Assembly: GCA_002269645.1 (NCBI GenBank)
Contig: NIVC01000012.1
Location: 186,001-250,000 of the forward strand
Length of the DNA: 64,000 bases
Direction of reading: 5' to 3'
Origin: Macrostomum lignano
Taxonomy: Eukaryota
The notes below the pieces were generated by a model. That model worked only from the letters and a program-made list of their open reading frames with translations. It was not told the origin of the DNA and searched no databases. Of the stretch, positions 24,171 to 59,210 are shown piece by piece (position 1 is the first letter of the stretch; the number at the start of each line of letters is the position of its first letter). The translations under genes and the position numbers were made by a program.

Positions 24171-25885
24171 ATTCCATGCACTCAAACCAGCTTCCATTTG
24201 TATGTTATGAACAGTCTAAAAACTTTTGGGATATATAGTCTGGATATAGTATCCTGACTTTCAAAATTGCATTCTCAAATTAGACCTTGGTTGCAATTTT
24301 GCATCCTAGTGCTAGCAATAAAACCTATGGCTAGGCTAGGTTTTTCATACAATAGCCTACATAGGGATGCTATATAATATCCAGACTTTCCAAATCCATG
24401 TATTAAAAAATGGTTTTGGTATATAGGTATCTATGGGATCAATTTAAAAAAGTGGCACAATCAATTTTCTTCAAACTTGTACTATTCAATTAAACTTTTC
24501 CTGGTGGTACAGGTGTCTATTAAAATATTGCTCAATGCTCAAAGGATTAGGTATTCAAATATATGCTTTTTGCAAAGGTCAAATAGACTTTTTGGCTTGA
24601 AATGCATTTTAAGAATGTAAGAATGCTAACTAGCTAAGTTTTGATTATGATAAATATCATATTATACTAGGCTATTTATTTATTATTAATTGGTTAATTA
24701 TCAATCTGATCTGACTTAATTGCATCACTATAAAACACAATATAATAACAATAAAAATTTGCAATTGTAAATTAGGCTTGATTTACATTATGTAACTATA
24801 ATATTATGTTAAATTATTATAAACCATTGATTAGAATTGACTAATGATTACATCATAAGGTAGCGCCCAGTAAATCAGTATTTTCTTTACCTAAGCTAAA
24901 GAAAATAAAGTCTTTGAAACAGAAAAAGGAAATGGTTCTTAAGAAAATGTGTTTTTAATGGATTTGCATAGTTTTTGCTGCATTCCAAAGGGGGGCACTC
25001 TTAGATAAATAATAGATAATAGATAATCAAAGTGGTTGCATCCTAAAATTAGATATTGGATGCAATTTCCCTATTGGTATAAGTGGACAAAATATGTCTG
25101 ACCATCCATCGCAATTTTGGAATTTTCTGGTGTTGCATCATTGGTAGAGTCAAGGCAGGTGGTGTTGCTGTGCGGTGTGATTTTGGGTAAATGGCAAGAG
25201 TAACCCAACTGTCTTATTAAGGCTAAATGCGATGTCGTCTAATTAGTACTATGCCATATTTGGTAAAAAAGTTAACATTTTCTGCATTGTGTTCTGTTTT
25301 TGAGCCACAATTTTAGACCCCGTGTTGCGCATCCACAGATTTTCTACACTTATTCCAATAGGGTGCAATTTTGCATTTTAGCACTAGCATAAACTAGTAA
25401 AGAAGTGCTTTGCCCCCTTAGGGTATACCCTTCCTCCCTACGCCTAGCCTTATATTGTTTAACCTTATAGTTCAAGTCTTAGACTAACTCTAGGTTAAAA
25501 TTAGGACAAAGGATTGCATTTTTGAATGCATATTGGCAAGTCATGAGATCCTCACTTAAGTGCCTAAGCATAGGCCTAGTTTAAAATGTTTAGCTAATCA
25601 TAGAGTAATGTAGTTATTAGTGACCGCATTATTTGGTTGAATAGCAATCATATTTTATGATTTATTATTATTTAAAGCAACAAAATCTCAATTCTATTAG
25701 GGGAAACAAGTGTCATTGCGAGCAAATCTAGTCTTTTGTTTCCCTTGAAATAGTAAATATGCTGGCCAAAAATAAAATTCCTTAGGAAATACAGTAAACT
25801 ATAAAAAATTATATATTATAAACATGCTCTTTTTTCAGCTTGTTATAATTTGCTGTCTGGATCTGACAGATTTTCAATTATTAAA

Positions 25886-28800
25886 ATGGAGGTTAGTAAC
25901 GAGAAACCATTGGAATTTTTTCAATGTTCTATTGATAAAAGTTGTTCTTATAAACTATTGCAGTTCTATTTTTGCAAATACCTAGCTGCACTCAACTGAT
26001 ATTATTGCATTAAAATCCTTTAGGAACATGTAATTGCAACCAGTTATGGCATTCCACTGCATGTTTATATGCAGCGTGGCACCAAGACTAGTGGATCAAT
26101 CCTGACATTTCACGACATTGGAACTAACTGTGAGTGGTGCCTATTGTTAAAAAATTTAGTGTCCTAAATCCCCAAATCCGAGTTAGTGGATTTGCTGGAA
26201 ATTGTTTACGAGTTTTAGATTTTTCAATGCACTGTACCTCTGAGCTTATCTGAGGATCTGGTAGCCAAGAGTCTGAGGATCTGGTAGCCAAGAGTCTGGG
26301 GATCTGGTAGCCAAGAGTCTAAGGATCTGGTAGCCAAGAGTCTGAGGATCTGGTAGCCAAGAGTCTGGGGATCTGGTAGCCAAGAGTCTAAGGATCTGGT
26401 AGCCAAGAGTCTAAGGATCTGGTAGCCAAGAGTCTGGGGATCTGGTAGCCAAGAGTCTGGGGATCTGGTAGCCAAGAGTCTGAGGATCTGGTAGCCAAGA
26501 GTCTGGGGATCTGGTAGCCAAGAGTCTGGGGATCTGGTAGCCAAGAGTCTGGGGATCTGGTAGCCAAGAGTCTGGGGATCTGGTAGCCAAGAGTCTGGGG
26601 ATCTGGTAGCCAAGAGTCTGAAGATCTGGTAGCCAAGAGTCTGAGGATCTGGTAGCCAAGAGTCTGGGGATCTGGTAGCCAAGAGTCTGAAGATCTGGTA
26701 GCCAAGAGTCTGAGGATCTGGTAGCCAAGAGTCTGGGGATCTGGTAGCCAAGAGTCTGGGGATCTGGTAGCCAAGAGTCTAAGGATCTGGTAGCCAAGAG
26801 TCTGGGGATCTGGTAGCCAAGAGTCTGAGGATCTGGTAGCCAAGAGTCTAAGGATCTGGTAGCCAAGAGTCTGGGGATCTGGTAGCCAAGAGTCTGGGGA
26901 TCTGGTAGCCAAGAGTCTGGGGATCTGGTAGCCAAGAGTCTGAGGATCTGGTAGCCAAGAGTCTGGGGATCTGGTAGCCAAGAGTCTGGGGATCTGGTAG
27001 CCAAGAGTCTGGGGATCTGGTAGCCAAGAGTCTGGGGATCTGGTAGCCAAGAGTCTGGGGATCTGGTAGCCAAGAGTCTGAAGATCTGGTAGCCAAGAGT
27101 CTGGGGATCTGGTAGCCAAGAGTCTGGGGATCTGGTAGCCAAGAGTCTGGGGATCTGGTAGCCAAGAGTCTGGGGATCTGGTAGCCAAGAGTCTGAAGAT
27201 CTGGTAGCCAAGAGTCTGAGGATCTGGTAGCCAAGAGTCTGGGGATCTGGTAGCCAAGAGTCTGAAGATCTGGTAGCCAAGAGTCTGAGGATCTGGTAGC
27301 CAAGAGTCTGGGGATCTGGTAGCCAAGAGTCTGGGGATCTGGTAGCCAAGAGTCTAAGGATCTGGTAGCCAAGAGTCTGGGGATCTGGTAGCCAAGAGTC
27401 TGAGGATCTGGTAGCCAAGAGTCTAAGGATCTGGTAGCCAAGAGTCTGGGGATCTGGTAGCCAAGAGTCTGGGGATCTGGTAGCCAAGAGTCTGAGGATC
27501 TGGTAGCCAAGAGTCTGGGGATCTGGTAGCCAAGAGTCTGAGGATCTGGTAGCCAAGAGTCTGGGGATCTGGTAGCCAAGAGTCTGGGGATCTGGTAGCC
27601 AAGAGTCTGGGGATCTGGTAGCCAAGAGTCTGAAGATCTGGTAGCCAAGAGTCTGGGGATCTGGTAGCCAAGAGTCTGGGGATCTGGTAGCCAAGAGTCT
27701 GGGGATCTGGTAGCCAAGAGTCTGAAGATCTGGTAGCCAAGAGTCTGAGGATCTGGTAGCCAAGAGTCTGGGGATCTGGTAGCCAAGAGTCTGGGGATCT
27801 GGTAGCCAAGAGTCTGGGGATCTGGTAGCCAAGAGTCTGGGGATCTGGTAGCCAAGAGTCTGGGGATCTGGTAGCCAAGAGTCTGGGGATCTGGTAGCCA
27901 AGAGTCTGAGGATCTGGTAGCCAAGAGTCTGGGGATCTGGTAGCCAAGAGTCTGAGGATCTGGTAGCCAAGAGTCTGAGGATCTGGTAGCCAAGAGTCTG
28001 GGGATCTGGTAGCCAAGAGTCTGAAGATCTGGTAGTCAAAAACCTGAGGATCTGGTAGTCAATAACCTGAGGATCTGGTAGTCAAAAACCTGAGGATCTG
28101 GTAGTCAATAACCTGAGGATCTGGTAGTCAAAAACCTGATGATCTGGTAGCCAAGAGTCATGATCTGATAAACAGCGAGATGTGCTGTGCAAACTGCAGT
28201 GTTTGTAGCGCTAGGCCATGAGTGTTACAAATTAACAAAGAGTTGATATTCTCCTGGATGAAATTTCCAGATCGGTCATTTCTGGGCTTTTTCAACTACT
28301 GCGACATGCAAGTGATTGCAGACAATTTCAATGTCTACCACGTGTGCGCACCGGGTCACCAGGACAATGCCGGTCCTGTCGCGTCCGAGTAAGATTGCAC
28401 TTTGAATTTGGAAACATGGTATAACTAATTAACAAATTGCACTTTAAGTCACTAACAAAATTTTGCACAGATTTTTTTAGCGTAGTTTGTAGTTTGTATT
28501 CTTTTCTTAATTGTAAATTCATTTTCAGGGTGATTATTCGATGCATTAATCAGCGGTAATGTATCTACTGTCATTATAATTATTTATTAACATATTTTTA
28601 AAATACCCGAACCTTAAATAACTGGCTTTTATTGAAAGTTTTGTATTAATTTTATTATTTAAATTTAGTAAATTTACCCAGTTCTTTATCAAATCTAAAT
28701 GAATGCGACTTTGTGGTTTTAAACTTATGGAAGTCTTAACACAAGTGGAATTAACGGTTTTTATTTTACTCTCCTACTAATTGTGATTTTGTCTCGAGTA

Positions 28801-31800
28801 ATTAACATCAGCTTGTGTAACTAAATTTTGCATGGATACGTCAAATTATCTAAAAGCCATTTACCAATTCCCAAACCTAAACACAGACGAACCAATCCAC
28901 AATCACAGACCAATCCACAATCACAAACCAATCCACAATCACAAACCAATCCACGATCACAAACCAATTCACAATCACAAACCAATCCACAATCACAGAC
29001 CAATCCACAATCACAGACCAATCCACAATCACAAACCAATCCACAATCACAAACCAATCCACAATCACAAACCAATTCACAATCACAAACCAATCCACAA
29101 TCACAAACCAATCCACAATCACAAACCAATCCACAATCACAAACCAATTCACAATCACAAACCAATCCACAATCACAAACCAATATCACAATCACAAACC
29201 AATATCACAATCACAAACCAATCCACAATCACAGACCAATCCACAATCACAAACCAATATCACAAACCAATTCACAATCACAAACCAATTCACAATCACA
29301 AACCAATCCACAATCACAGACCAATCCACAATCACAAACCAATATCACAAACCAATTCACAATCACAAACCAATTCACAATCACAAACCAATTCACAATC
29401 ACAAACCAATATCACAATCACAAACCAATCCACAATCACAAACCAATTCACAATCACAAACCAATATCACAATCACAAACCAATCCACAATCACAGACCA
29501 ATCCACAATCACAAACCAATATCACAAACCAATTCACAATCACAAACCAATTCACAATCACAAACTAATCCACAATCACAGACCAATCCACAATCACAAA
29601 CCAATATCACAAACCAATCCACAATCACAAACCAATCCACAATCACAAACCAATTCACAATCACAAACCAATTCACAATCACAAACCAATTCACAATCAC
29701 AAACCAATCCACAATCACAAACCAATCCACAATCACAAACCAATCCACAATCACAAACCAATCCACAATCACAAACCAATCCACAATCACAAACCAATCC
29801 ACAATCACAAACCAATCCACAATCACAAACTAATCCACAATCACAAACCAATCCACAATCACAAACCAATCCACAATCACAAACCAATCCACAATCACAA
29901 ACCAATACACAATCACAAACCAATATCACAATCACAAACCAATATCACAATCACAAACCAATCCACAATCACAAACCAATCCACAATCACAAACCAATCC
30001 ACAATCACAAACCAATCCACAATTACAAACCAATCCACAATCACAAACCAATCCACAATCACAAACCAATCCACAATCACAGACCAATTCACAATCACAA
30101 ACCAATTCACAATCACAAACCAATCCACAATTACAAACCAATCCACAATCACAAACCAATATCACAATCACAAACCAATATCACAATCACAAAGCAATCC
30201 ACAATCACAAACCAATCCACAATCACAAACCAATATCACAATCACAAACCAATATCACAATCACAAACCAATATCACAATCACAAACTAATCCACAATCA
30301 CAAACCAATCCACAATCACAAACCAATATCACAAACCAATTCACAATCACAAACCAATTCACAATCACAAACTAATCCACAATCACAAACCAATCCACAA
30401 TCACAAACCAATATCACAAACCAATTCACAATCACAAACTAATCCACAATCACAAACCAATCCACAATCACAAACCACTGAGTGAATCAGGTAGCCAGGC
30501 ATACACTAACATACAATCCTGTTCAAGTGAATTCACCTGCACGCATAAGTTCTTATAAAATCTTTGCGCGACTTTAAACAACAAAGTAAAATTTGTTTGT
30601 ATTAACATTTGTATTGTTACTTTAAAGCATCTCTTATCTTGATTTTTTATACTCATGCAAAATCCATGCAAATTTTTTCTACATTATTAGGGTGTAATTT
30701 AAGTAAATTACCCTTTTACTTAACTACCACTTAATAATATTTCAGTGGAGTAGAAGAAAAGGAGGGCCTGTTAACGGAGAGACAGCAGTTTGCCACTTAC
30801 GCTGATGGTGTGCCCGGGAAGTGAGTATGAAGTGTTGCATTGTTTTCCTTAAATGTCATTATAGCCGTGAAAGATTCGTTGACCTTTAAAATAGTCACTA
30901 ACTTGAACTTGAACTAACCTGACTTCCTAGAAGATAGCTTTCCTACAAAACAGCTTTCCTACAAAACAGCTTCCCTACAAAACAGCTTCCCTACAAAACA
31001 GCTTTCCTACAAAACAGCTTTCCTACAAAACAGCTTCCCTACAAAACAGCTTCCCTTCTAAGCAGCTTCCCTACAAAACAGCTTCCCTACAAAACAGCTT
31101 CCCTACAAAACAGCTTCCCTTCTAAGCAGCTTCCCTACAAAACAGCTTCCCTTCTAAGCAGCTTCCCTATAAAACAGCTTCCCTACAAAACAGCTTCCCT
31201 ACAAAACAGCTTCCCTTCTAAGCAGCTTCCCTATAAAACAGCTTCCCTACAAAACAGCTTCCCTACAAAACAGCTTCCCTACAAAACAGCTTCCCTTCTA
31301 AGCAACTTCCCTACAAAACAGCTTCCCTTCTAAGCAACTTCCCTACAAAACAGCTTCCCTTCTAAACAGCTTCCCTTCTAAACAGCTTCTATAGATAACA
31401 ACTTCTATACAAAACAGCTTCCCTTCAAGAAGCTTAGCATATAGCGTCACCGATTAGGCTCATTTTAATAAGCCCTTTCCACTGTACCACTCTAACAGCC
31501 GTTAATCCCCCTGTTAATCCGGCCCAAACCCTTCAGAATCGGTTACCCTAGCCTAGACGAGATCGCAGACATGCTGCAGTCGGTGGTGGCCCACTTCAAC
31601 CTGGCCTACTTTGTCGGTTTCGGCAGCGGCGCGGGCTCCAACGTGCTGTGCCGCTACGCTTTGAAGCACCCGGACAAAGTGCTCAGTCTGTTCCTAATTA
31701 ATCCCAATGCTAACACGGATAATACTTATTATAATTGGCTATTTGCCAATAACAATGCCGAGTGGCAGAGAATGTCGCAGGGATTGCTAACAGACTCAGC

Positions 31801-34201
31801 GCTGAAGCTGTTGGAGCGGCATTGGTTTGGTCATAACAGTTCGGATTGCTATGACTCGATTGAAGCTTGCAAACAGCAGCTGTTGAGCATGTGCCTACCT
31901 AATGTGGCCGGCTATATCAAAGCGTACAATGATAGGCCTGATTTGGGAATACAGCGCGATTTAGCTAAGCAGCCGGGTAGCGGGCTGAGAACTTTGGAGG
32001 TGCAGGTAAAGCCGGTTTGACTAAGAAATCCTCAATTTAATCTACCTGAAATCCTTTTTGTTTTAGCCGTTTAAAATCTTCATTTTAACTGCTAGACCTA
32101 ATTTTAGCTTCAAGGAATCCCTGTTTTTTAAAGTACTAGAAATCCCCCATTTTCATCTGCTGGAAATCCCCATTTTAGCTACCAGAAATCCCCATTTTAG
32201 CTACCAGAAATCCCCATTTTAGCTACTAGAAATCCCCATTTTAGCTACCAGAAATCCCCATTTTAGCTACTAGAAATCCCCATTTTAGCTATTAGAAATT
32301 CCCATTTTAGCTACTAGAAATCCCCATTTTAGCTACTAGAAATCCCCATTTTAGCTACCAGAAATCCCCATTTTAGCTACCCGAAATCCCCATTTTAGAT
32401 ACCAGAAATCCCCATTTTTAGCTACTAAAAATTCCTTTTTTAGCTACCAGAAATCCCCATTTTAGCTCCCAGAAATCCCCATTTTAGCTATTAGAAATCC
32501 CCATTTTAGCTACTAGAAATCCCCATTTTAGCTACCAGAAATCCCCATTTTAGCTACCCGAAATCCCCATTTTAGATACCAGAAATCCCCATTTTTAGCT
32601 ACTAAAAATTCCTTTTTTAGCTACCAGAAATCCCCATTTTAGCTCCCAGAAATCCCCATTTTAGCTATTAGAAATCCCCATTTTAGCTACCAGAAATCCC
32701 CATTTTAGCTATTAGAAATCCCCATTTTAGCTATTAGAAATCCCCATTTTAGCTACTAGAAATCCCCATTTTAGCTACTAGAAATCCCCATTTTAGCTAC
32801 TAGAAATCCCCATTTTAGCTACCAGAAATCCCCATTTTAGATACCAGAAATCCCCATTTTAGCTATTAGAAATCCCCATTTTAGCTACCAGAAATCCCCA
32901 TTTTAGATACCAGAAATCCCCATTTTAGCTACCAGAAATCCCCATTTTAGATACCAGAAATCCCCATTTTAGATACCAGAAATCCCCATTTTTAGCTACT
33001 AAAAATCCCCTTTTTAGCTACCAGAAATCCCCATTTTAGCTACTAGAAATCCCTTTTTTAGCTACCTGAAATCTCCAGTTTAGCTTCTAGGAATCCCTGT
33101 TTTTAAAATACTATGAATCCCCTATTTTCATCTGCTGGAAATCCTCATTTTAGCTTCCAGAAATCCCCATTTTAGCTATTAGAAATCCCCATTTTAGCTA
33201 CCAGAAATCCCCATTTTAGCTACTAGAAATCCCCATTTTAGCTACTAGAAATCCCCATTTTAGCTACTAGAAATCCCCATTTTAGCTACTAGAAATCCCC
33301 ATTTTAGCTACTAGAATTCCCCATTTTAGCTACTAGAAATCCCCATTTTAGCTACCAGAAATCCCCATTTTAGATACCAGAAATCACCATTTTAGCTACC
33401 AGAAATCCCCATTTTAGATACCAGAAATCCCCATTTTAGCTACCAGAAATCCCCATTTTAGATACCAGAAATCCCCATTTTTAGCTACTAAAAATCCCCT
33501 TTTTAGCTACCAGAAATCCCCATTTTAGCTACTAGAAATCCCTTTTTTAGCTACCTGAAATCTCCAGTTTAGCTTCTAGGAATCCCTGTTTTTAAAATAC
33601 TATGAATCCCCTATTTTCATCTGCTGGAAATCCTCATTTTAGCTACCAGAAATCCCCATTTTAGCTAATAAAAATCCCAATTTTAGCTTCCAGAAATCCC
33701 CATTTTAGCTTCCAGAAATCCCCATTTTAGCTTCCAGAAATCCCCATTTTAGCTTCCAGAAATCCCCATTTTAGCTTGAAGTACAGCCTCAAATGAGTGC
33801 ACTGTGCCCAGGCACACACTCACAGGGGGTGAACAGCAGCCCTTATTTTTATGCCCCTCTTCAAAGCCAGTCTCCAACATCCCGCATGCCAGGCCTTCCT
33901 AGTCACAGGCGGCCTGGCCAAGGACATGGTCACACGTTTGGTCGCCATGAACTCCCGTTGCGATCCTGGCCGAACCGAATTCCTCATAGTTGACGAATCC
34001 GACGGTATGATGATGGAAACTGAGCCGGCTAAATTAGCCGTATTGTTCCTGCGTCATTTGCGCTCCTGTGGTCTGGTTGTGTCTCTAACTCCAGAGCGTG
34101 TGCGAGAGCTCGCTAAACAGCGCTGCGCCGCCGCCTCTGTCGCGGCAGCTGATGTTGAAGCAATCGACGAGACAGCGGACATTGATTGTGGCGATTTGTG
34201 A
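25886..34201 (+). CDS. NDRG: NDRG-family (non-catalytic alpha/beta-hydrolase fold) protein, 6 coding exons, 360 aa
   Basis: Exons 25886-25891, 26024-26129, 28271-28388, 30746-30820, 31537-32005 and 33893-34201. All introns are GT-AG with consistent phases (1083 nt). Motifs ILTFHDIGTNY, GFFNYCDMQ, YHVCAPGHQD, YPSLDEIADML, GFGSGAGSNVL, NSRCDPGRT and EPAKLA. Confidence 0.92.
26246..28160 (+). repeat. 23-bp minisatellite GGATCTGGTAGCCAAGAGTCTG(G/A) in NDRG intron 2
   Basis: About 80 direct units, with a divergent variant block at 28027-28140. Confidence 0.95.
28888..30476 (+). repeat. 18-bp minisatellite ACAATCACAAACCAATCC in NDRG intron 3
   Basis: Direct tandem units with short indel variants. 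Confidence 0.95.
30934..31430 (+). repeat. 16-bp minisatellite ACAAAACAGCTTCCCT in NDRG intron 4
   Basis: Direct tandem units, with a variant TCTAAGCAGCTTCCCT. Confidence 0.9.
32150..33777 (+). repeat. 22-bp minisatellite AGAAATCCCCATTTTAGCTAC(C/T) in NDRG intron 5
   Basis: Direct tandem units, with a duplicated interruption at ~33060 and ~33550. Confidence 0.95.
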
Positions 34202-34299
34202 ACCAAATAAATAATTATTGTTTATGACTTAGCGAATATACATTGATTTGTGTTTTACATTCAGCTGTTATGCTCATTTTTGGGATGATTAATTGCATT

Positions 34300-34770
34300 A
34301 TTTTCTATGGCTTTTATAAGTCTGTAGTTAATTGCGATTGTCTATGGCTTTAATAAGTCTGTGGTTAATTGCAATTGTCTGTGTCTTTTATAAGTCTGTC
34401 TGTAATGAGTTGCAATTGTCTATGGCTTTAATAAATCTGTAGTCAATTGCAATTGTCTATGGCTTTAATAAGTCTGTAGTTAATTGCAATTTTCTGTGTC
34501 TTTTATAAGTCTGTCTGTAATGAGTTGCAATTGTCTATGGCTTTAATAAATCTGTAGTCAATTGCAATTGTCTATGGCTTTAATAAGTCTGTAGTTAATT
34601 GCAATTGTCTGTGTCTTTTATAAGTCTGTCTGTAATGAGTTGCAATTGTCTATGGCTTTAATAAGTCTGTAGTTAATTGCAATTGTCTGTGTCTTTTATA
34701 AGTCTGTCTGTAATGAGTTGCAATTGTCTATGGCTTTAATAAGTCTGTAGTTAATTGCAATTTTCTGTGG
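34300..34770 (+). repeat. Alternating ~37/41-bp tandem repeat (GCAATTGTCTATGGCTTTAATAAGTCTGT...)
   Basis: Direct repeats just 3' of the NDRG stop. Confidence 0.85.
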
Positions 34771-34911
34771 CTTTTAAACGTCTACAATTATAATATCGAA
34801 TATAAATGGTGAATCAGTAAATATTTTTCTTTTTAGGAAACTAAAAAATCTTTTGTACTGTACATCTAGTAGAGTAAAAACTGTTTTACGATACATATCG
34901 TAAAGCACTGG

Positions 34912-35274
34912 GGGCCGTAGCCGAGCGGTAGCGCAGCTGCTCTGGTGTGCCAGCGACCCAGGCTCGATTCCAAGTGCAGTCACATTAATTTGGGGCTGAA
35001 TTGGAATCTCGGCTTGGCTCTGCTCGTGCAATTAACGGCCTTGAGAGCCAACCCCCAAGGCGCAGTGAAGTGTACATGCCTAACGATAAAATAAAGTTAG
35101 GGCCGCTGTACACTCCTGTGAGAGTGTGTGCCTGCGTACGTATCCGTGCGCTTGTGTGCCTGCTCAGGGGAGTCGGCGGAATGGGCCGTAATGCTTCTCG
35201 CCGGTTGTGTGCCTATGTCGCTTAAAGTGCGCCAGTGTGCACACAACCCCCTGCCTCTAATAAAAAAAATAAAA
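34912..35274 (+). mobile_element. tRNA-derived SINE, full length, with 15-bp TSD
   Basis: A box TAGCCGAGCGG, B box GGCTCGATTCC and A-rich tail. TSD ATCGTAAAGCACTGG at 34897-34911 and 35275-35289. Confidence 0.92.
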
Positions 35275-35734
35275 ATCGTAAAGCACTGGATTGGGCAGAG
35301 ACTTATATAGCCTGTGTATAAGATTTACGGGTGGTTTATGCCAATAATATGCTATTTCCTCGCTTAATTCGCCTCACTGCCTGTAGCTATCTAGTGGGCA
35401 AAGTGTTTGTCTTCCCGATGCGTTATCAAGAAAAGGTTTTTGTACTTCTAGTTCTATTGTAGCACTCCGACGGAGAGCATTTTTTGTTTTGAATTTGAAA
35501 AAAATTCCTTACTGCGAGTACATAGGATGGATTTTCACACTCGCTATAGTGCTTTTCTTTTGCTGTTGCTGCTGCTGCTGCTGCCACTGTAAGCACATTA
35601 ATTAAGCACATCAATTTACTTGTAACTTTCATTGACGTCATTTTCATTACTTCTTGTTTGAAACCATCATACTACTGCTCAATTTAACTAGAGCCATTGA
35701 TAGGTCATGATAGGTACAAATAATTACCAATAAG

Positions 35735-36115
35735 CTCATGTTAGGTTATGACCCGATTACGAGTATACCCAAAAGGTCATGACCCGATCCTACCATAGGT
35801 CATGACCCGATAATATTTAAAAGGTCATGACCTGATTATACCCAAAAGGTCATGACCCGATTATACCCAAAAGGTCATGACCTGATTATACCCAAAAGGT
35901 CATGACCCGATTATACCCAAAAGGTCATGACCCGATCGTATCCAAAAGGTCATGACCCGATCGTATCCAAAAGGTCATGACCCGATCGTACCCAAAAGGT
36001 CATGACTCGGTCGTACGAGTACCCAAAAGGTCATGACCCGATCATATCCAAAAGGTCATGACCCGATTATACCCAAAAAGGTCATGACCCGATCGTACTC
36101 ATAGGTCACAGCCCG
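35735..36115 (+). repeat. 25-bp minisatellite GGTCATGACCCGATTATACCCAAAA
   Basis: Direct tandem units between the convergent NDRG and hemicentin 3' ends. Confidence 0.9.
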
Positions 36116-36457
36116 ATAGGAGTAAAAAAAAAATGTTCATGCCATTCAAAGTGGTTGAAAAGTCACTTCTGCACCTTAATTTTGATTAACTTTAAGCGTT
36201 TAATGTGGAAAATTATCCACATTAAAGATATATTTCAATTGCTTGTAATTTTAGATTAATCAGTCATCTTATAAATATAGTTTGCGTAGTTAAACAGTCA
36301 ACGATTCTATTTATAATTACATCCATGCTTATTTAATTGTATCAGACAGAGTTTGATTTTTTGTTTTTTGTATTGTATTAACTCTACTTTGAGTCGCTTA
36401 TTGAAGCTGCTAATTTCTAAAACAAAAACACAAACTCAACTAAAGTTTAGAAATTGG

Positions 36458-59035
<22,578 letters not shown>

Positions 59036-59210
59036 CTGCGGGATCGGATGACAGTATAATCTGCGAGCCAGATTAAAATTAGGATAATATAGGCTAGTAG
59101 AGTCTAGAGTAGAGTCAATGGAGTCGATTTTTATAAGTAATGAAATCTTCTAGATGTAGTTGGCATGCAATTACATTACATACCTACTACTTCAGCTGCC
59201 CATGGTGTTT

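Noticed and set aside
26224-28039. Long overlapping ORFs (up to 542 aa) and a CRISPR-like look of the 23-bp array
   Set aside because: Head-to-tail identical units with no unique spacers and no cas genes, in a eukaryotic intron. The ORFs arise because the unit lacks stops on one strand.
31610-31640. Restored catalytic serine in NDRG (GFGSGAG)
   Set aside because: The motif aligns as G-S-G-A-G, like G-T-G-A-G in NDRG1. The nucleophile position is still Gly.
34912-34985. Functional tRNA gene
   Set aside because: A/B boxes are present but there is no proper acceptor stem. It continues into a SINE body with A-tail and TSD.
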